Positions 62,693-64,000 of a stretch of 64,000 nt of DNA are shown piece after piece. How positions within the stretch are numbered: position 1 is the stretch's first letter; every line of letters begins with the position of its first letter. This DNA is from Octopus sinensis (lineage: Eukaryota). Under the pieces are notes generated by a model. The model saw nothing but the letters and a program-made list of their open reading frames with translations, was not told the origin of the DNA and made no database searches. The position numbers and the translations under genes were made by a program. The DNA is taken from NCBI RefSeq assembly GCF_006345805.1, contig NC_043007.1, positions 2,232,001 to 2,296,000 of the forward strand. The letters are read 5' to 3'.

Positions 62693-62700
62693 TATATATT
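62225..62700. repeat. Compound (TA)/(TATG)/(CA) microsatellite
   Basis: Direct reading. Confidence 0.95.
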
Positions 62701-62902
62701 CCTCACAATCTGTAAAATCCTAATTGGTTGATATACAGGCTAGTTTACCCATAGCATAATGATTTCTATATGCCAAATAGCTTAATAAGTTATTATTTGA
62801 CTTCATATCTCTGATATATTCTATTTTTACAGCTATCATGTATTAAAACGTCACAAATTTGGATTTTTTGGGCTTAAATTTACATTAATATCAAATGGCT
62901 AT

Positions 62903-63105
62903 AAGGCGGCGAGCTAGCAGAATCGTTACCGCGCTGGTTTCGATACTGATCAGCGACGTTTCGTCTGTCTTACCGTTCTGAGGTCAAATTCCGTCGAGGT
63001 TGATTTTTCCATTCATCCTTTCGGGATCGATAAAATAAGTACCATTTAACTACTGGGGTCGATGTAATCGACCTATTCCTCCTCTAGAATTGCTGGCCTC
63101 ATGCC
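62903..63105 (+). mobile_element. Older SINE B variant with alternative 3' end
   Basis: AAGGCGGCGAGCTAGCAGAATCGTTA..GTCGAGGTTGA..CATCCTTTCGGG. Confidence 0.75.
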
Positions 63106-63538
63106 AACATTTTAAACCAATGTTAACTTGATATTATGCAAGTTTACAACGATGGATAAGAGTAGATGTTTATTTAATCGATAGCTGAATCCTTTCGGTG
63201 CTAACATTTACTACCAGACAAGTAATTTTAGATAAAAATCACCAGAAAAATCAATCAAATATGGTCGTCTCTTTCCGTGTCATATTTTTGTTATAAATCT
63301 TCAGTAGTAATTGCAGAACAATGACATAAGTTTCAAGATGAACGGTATTGAGTGAAGGAGTGAGATTTATGACTCTGATGGAATGGTTCATGGACATTTC
63401 TGTAAAGACAAGCGAAACTTCATTAAATGTTTAACTATAAAATAGAAAGCAGAGGGATCTCGATCATGCGAGTTTTGTTAAAAGAATTATTGAACTTAAG
63501 AACTTCTTAAAGAGGGTCTCAATACTTTCTGAGTCCAA

Positions 63539-63770
63539 GGCGGTTAGCTGGCAGAAACGTTAGCACGCCGGGCGAAATGCGTAGCCGTATTTCGTCTGCC
63601 ATTACATTCTGAGTTCAAATTCCGCCGAGGTCGACTTTGCCTTTCATCCTTTCGGGGTCGATAAATTAAGTACCAATTACGCACTGGGGCAGATGTAATT
63701 GACTTAATCCGTTTGTCTGTCCTTGTTTGTCCTCTCTGTGTTTAGTCCCTTGTGGGTAGTAAAGAAACAT
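63539..63770 (+). mobile_element. SINE family B, full length
   Basis: Colinear with other B copies. Confidence 0.9.
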
Positions 63771-64000
63771 AAAAGAATCATTGAAGCAAATCATTAAAAG
63801 GAATCTTATACGATAATTATCGAAGGATGCGAGAGGTTTGCAACGGAAGGGAACATTGAAAGAAACGGGCAATTGTCATGGGTGTGAGGCTCAATGCATT
63901 GAAGAAGTTTGCTTCCAGTCTCGGATCGACCAATTGCCTGTGGGTGAAAAAGGTAGATAGAAATTATATGGAAGACTTTATATATATATATATATATAAC

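Overview
AT-rich, microsatellite-dense metazoan non-coding DNA. The SINE families and repeat landscape point to an octopus (coleoid cephalopod) genome; this is an inference from sequence pattern, not a database hit. No complete host gene is visible, only two weak internal-exon candidates on + (7132-7230, 22644-22748) and a possible decayed EF-hand/NOX-like remnant on -. The window is dominated by mobile elements: ~30 copies of at least five tRNA-headed SINE types; R4/Dong-type (restriction-like endonuclease) retrotransposon 3' ends, all in (TAA)n tracts, including an almost identical triplication; a ~550-bp non-coding (TAA)-tailed element (here 'E', 3 copies); a Penelope-like RT + GIY-YIG element with a tRNA-like module right after its stop codon; RTE 3' ends, one with three intact C2H2 fingers; two ORF1-only LINE-like pieces; decayed CR1-group RTs; an internally deleted FLYWCH/MULE transposon; a probable Helitron; long palindromes; and several tandem duplications and minisatellites. 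Nearly all listed ORFs are microsatellite or SINE artefacts. Family labels A-H are my own, and all coordinates and identities were read by eye.
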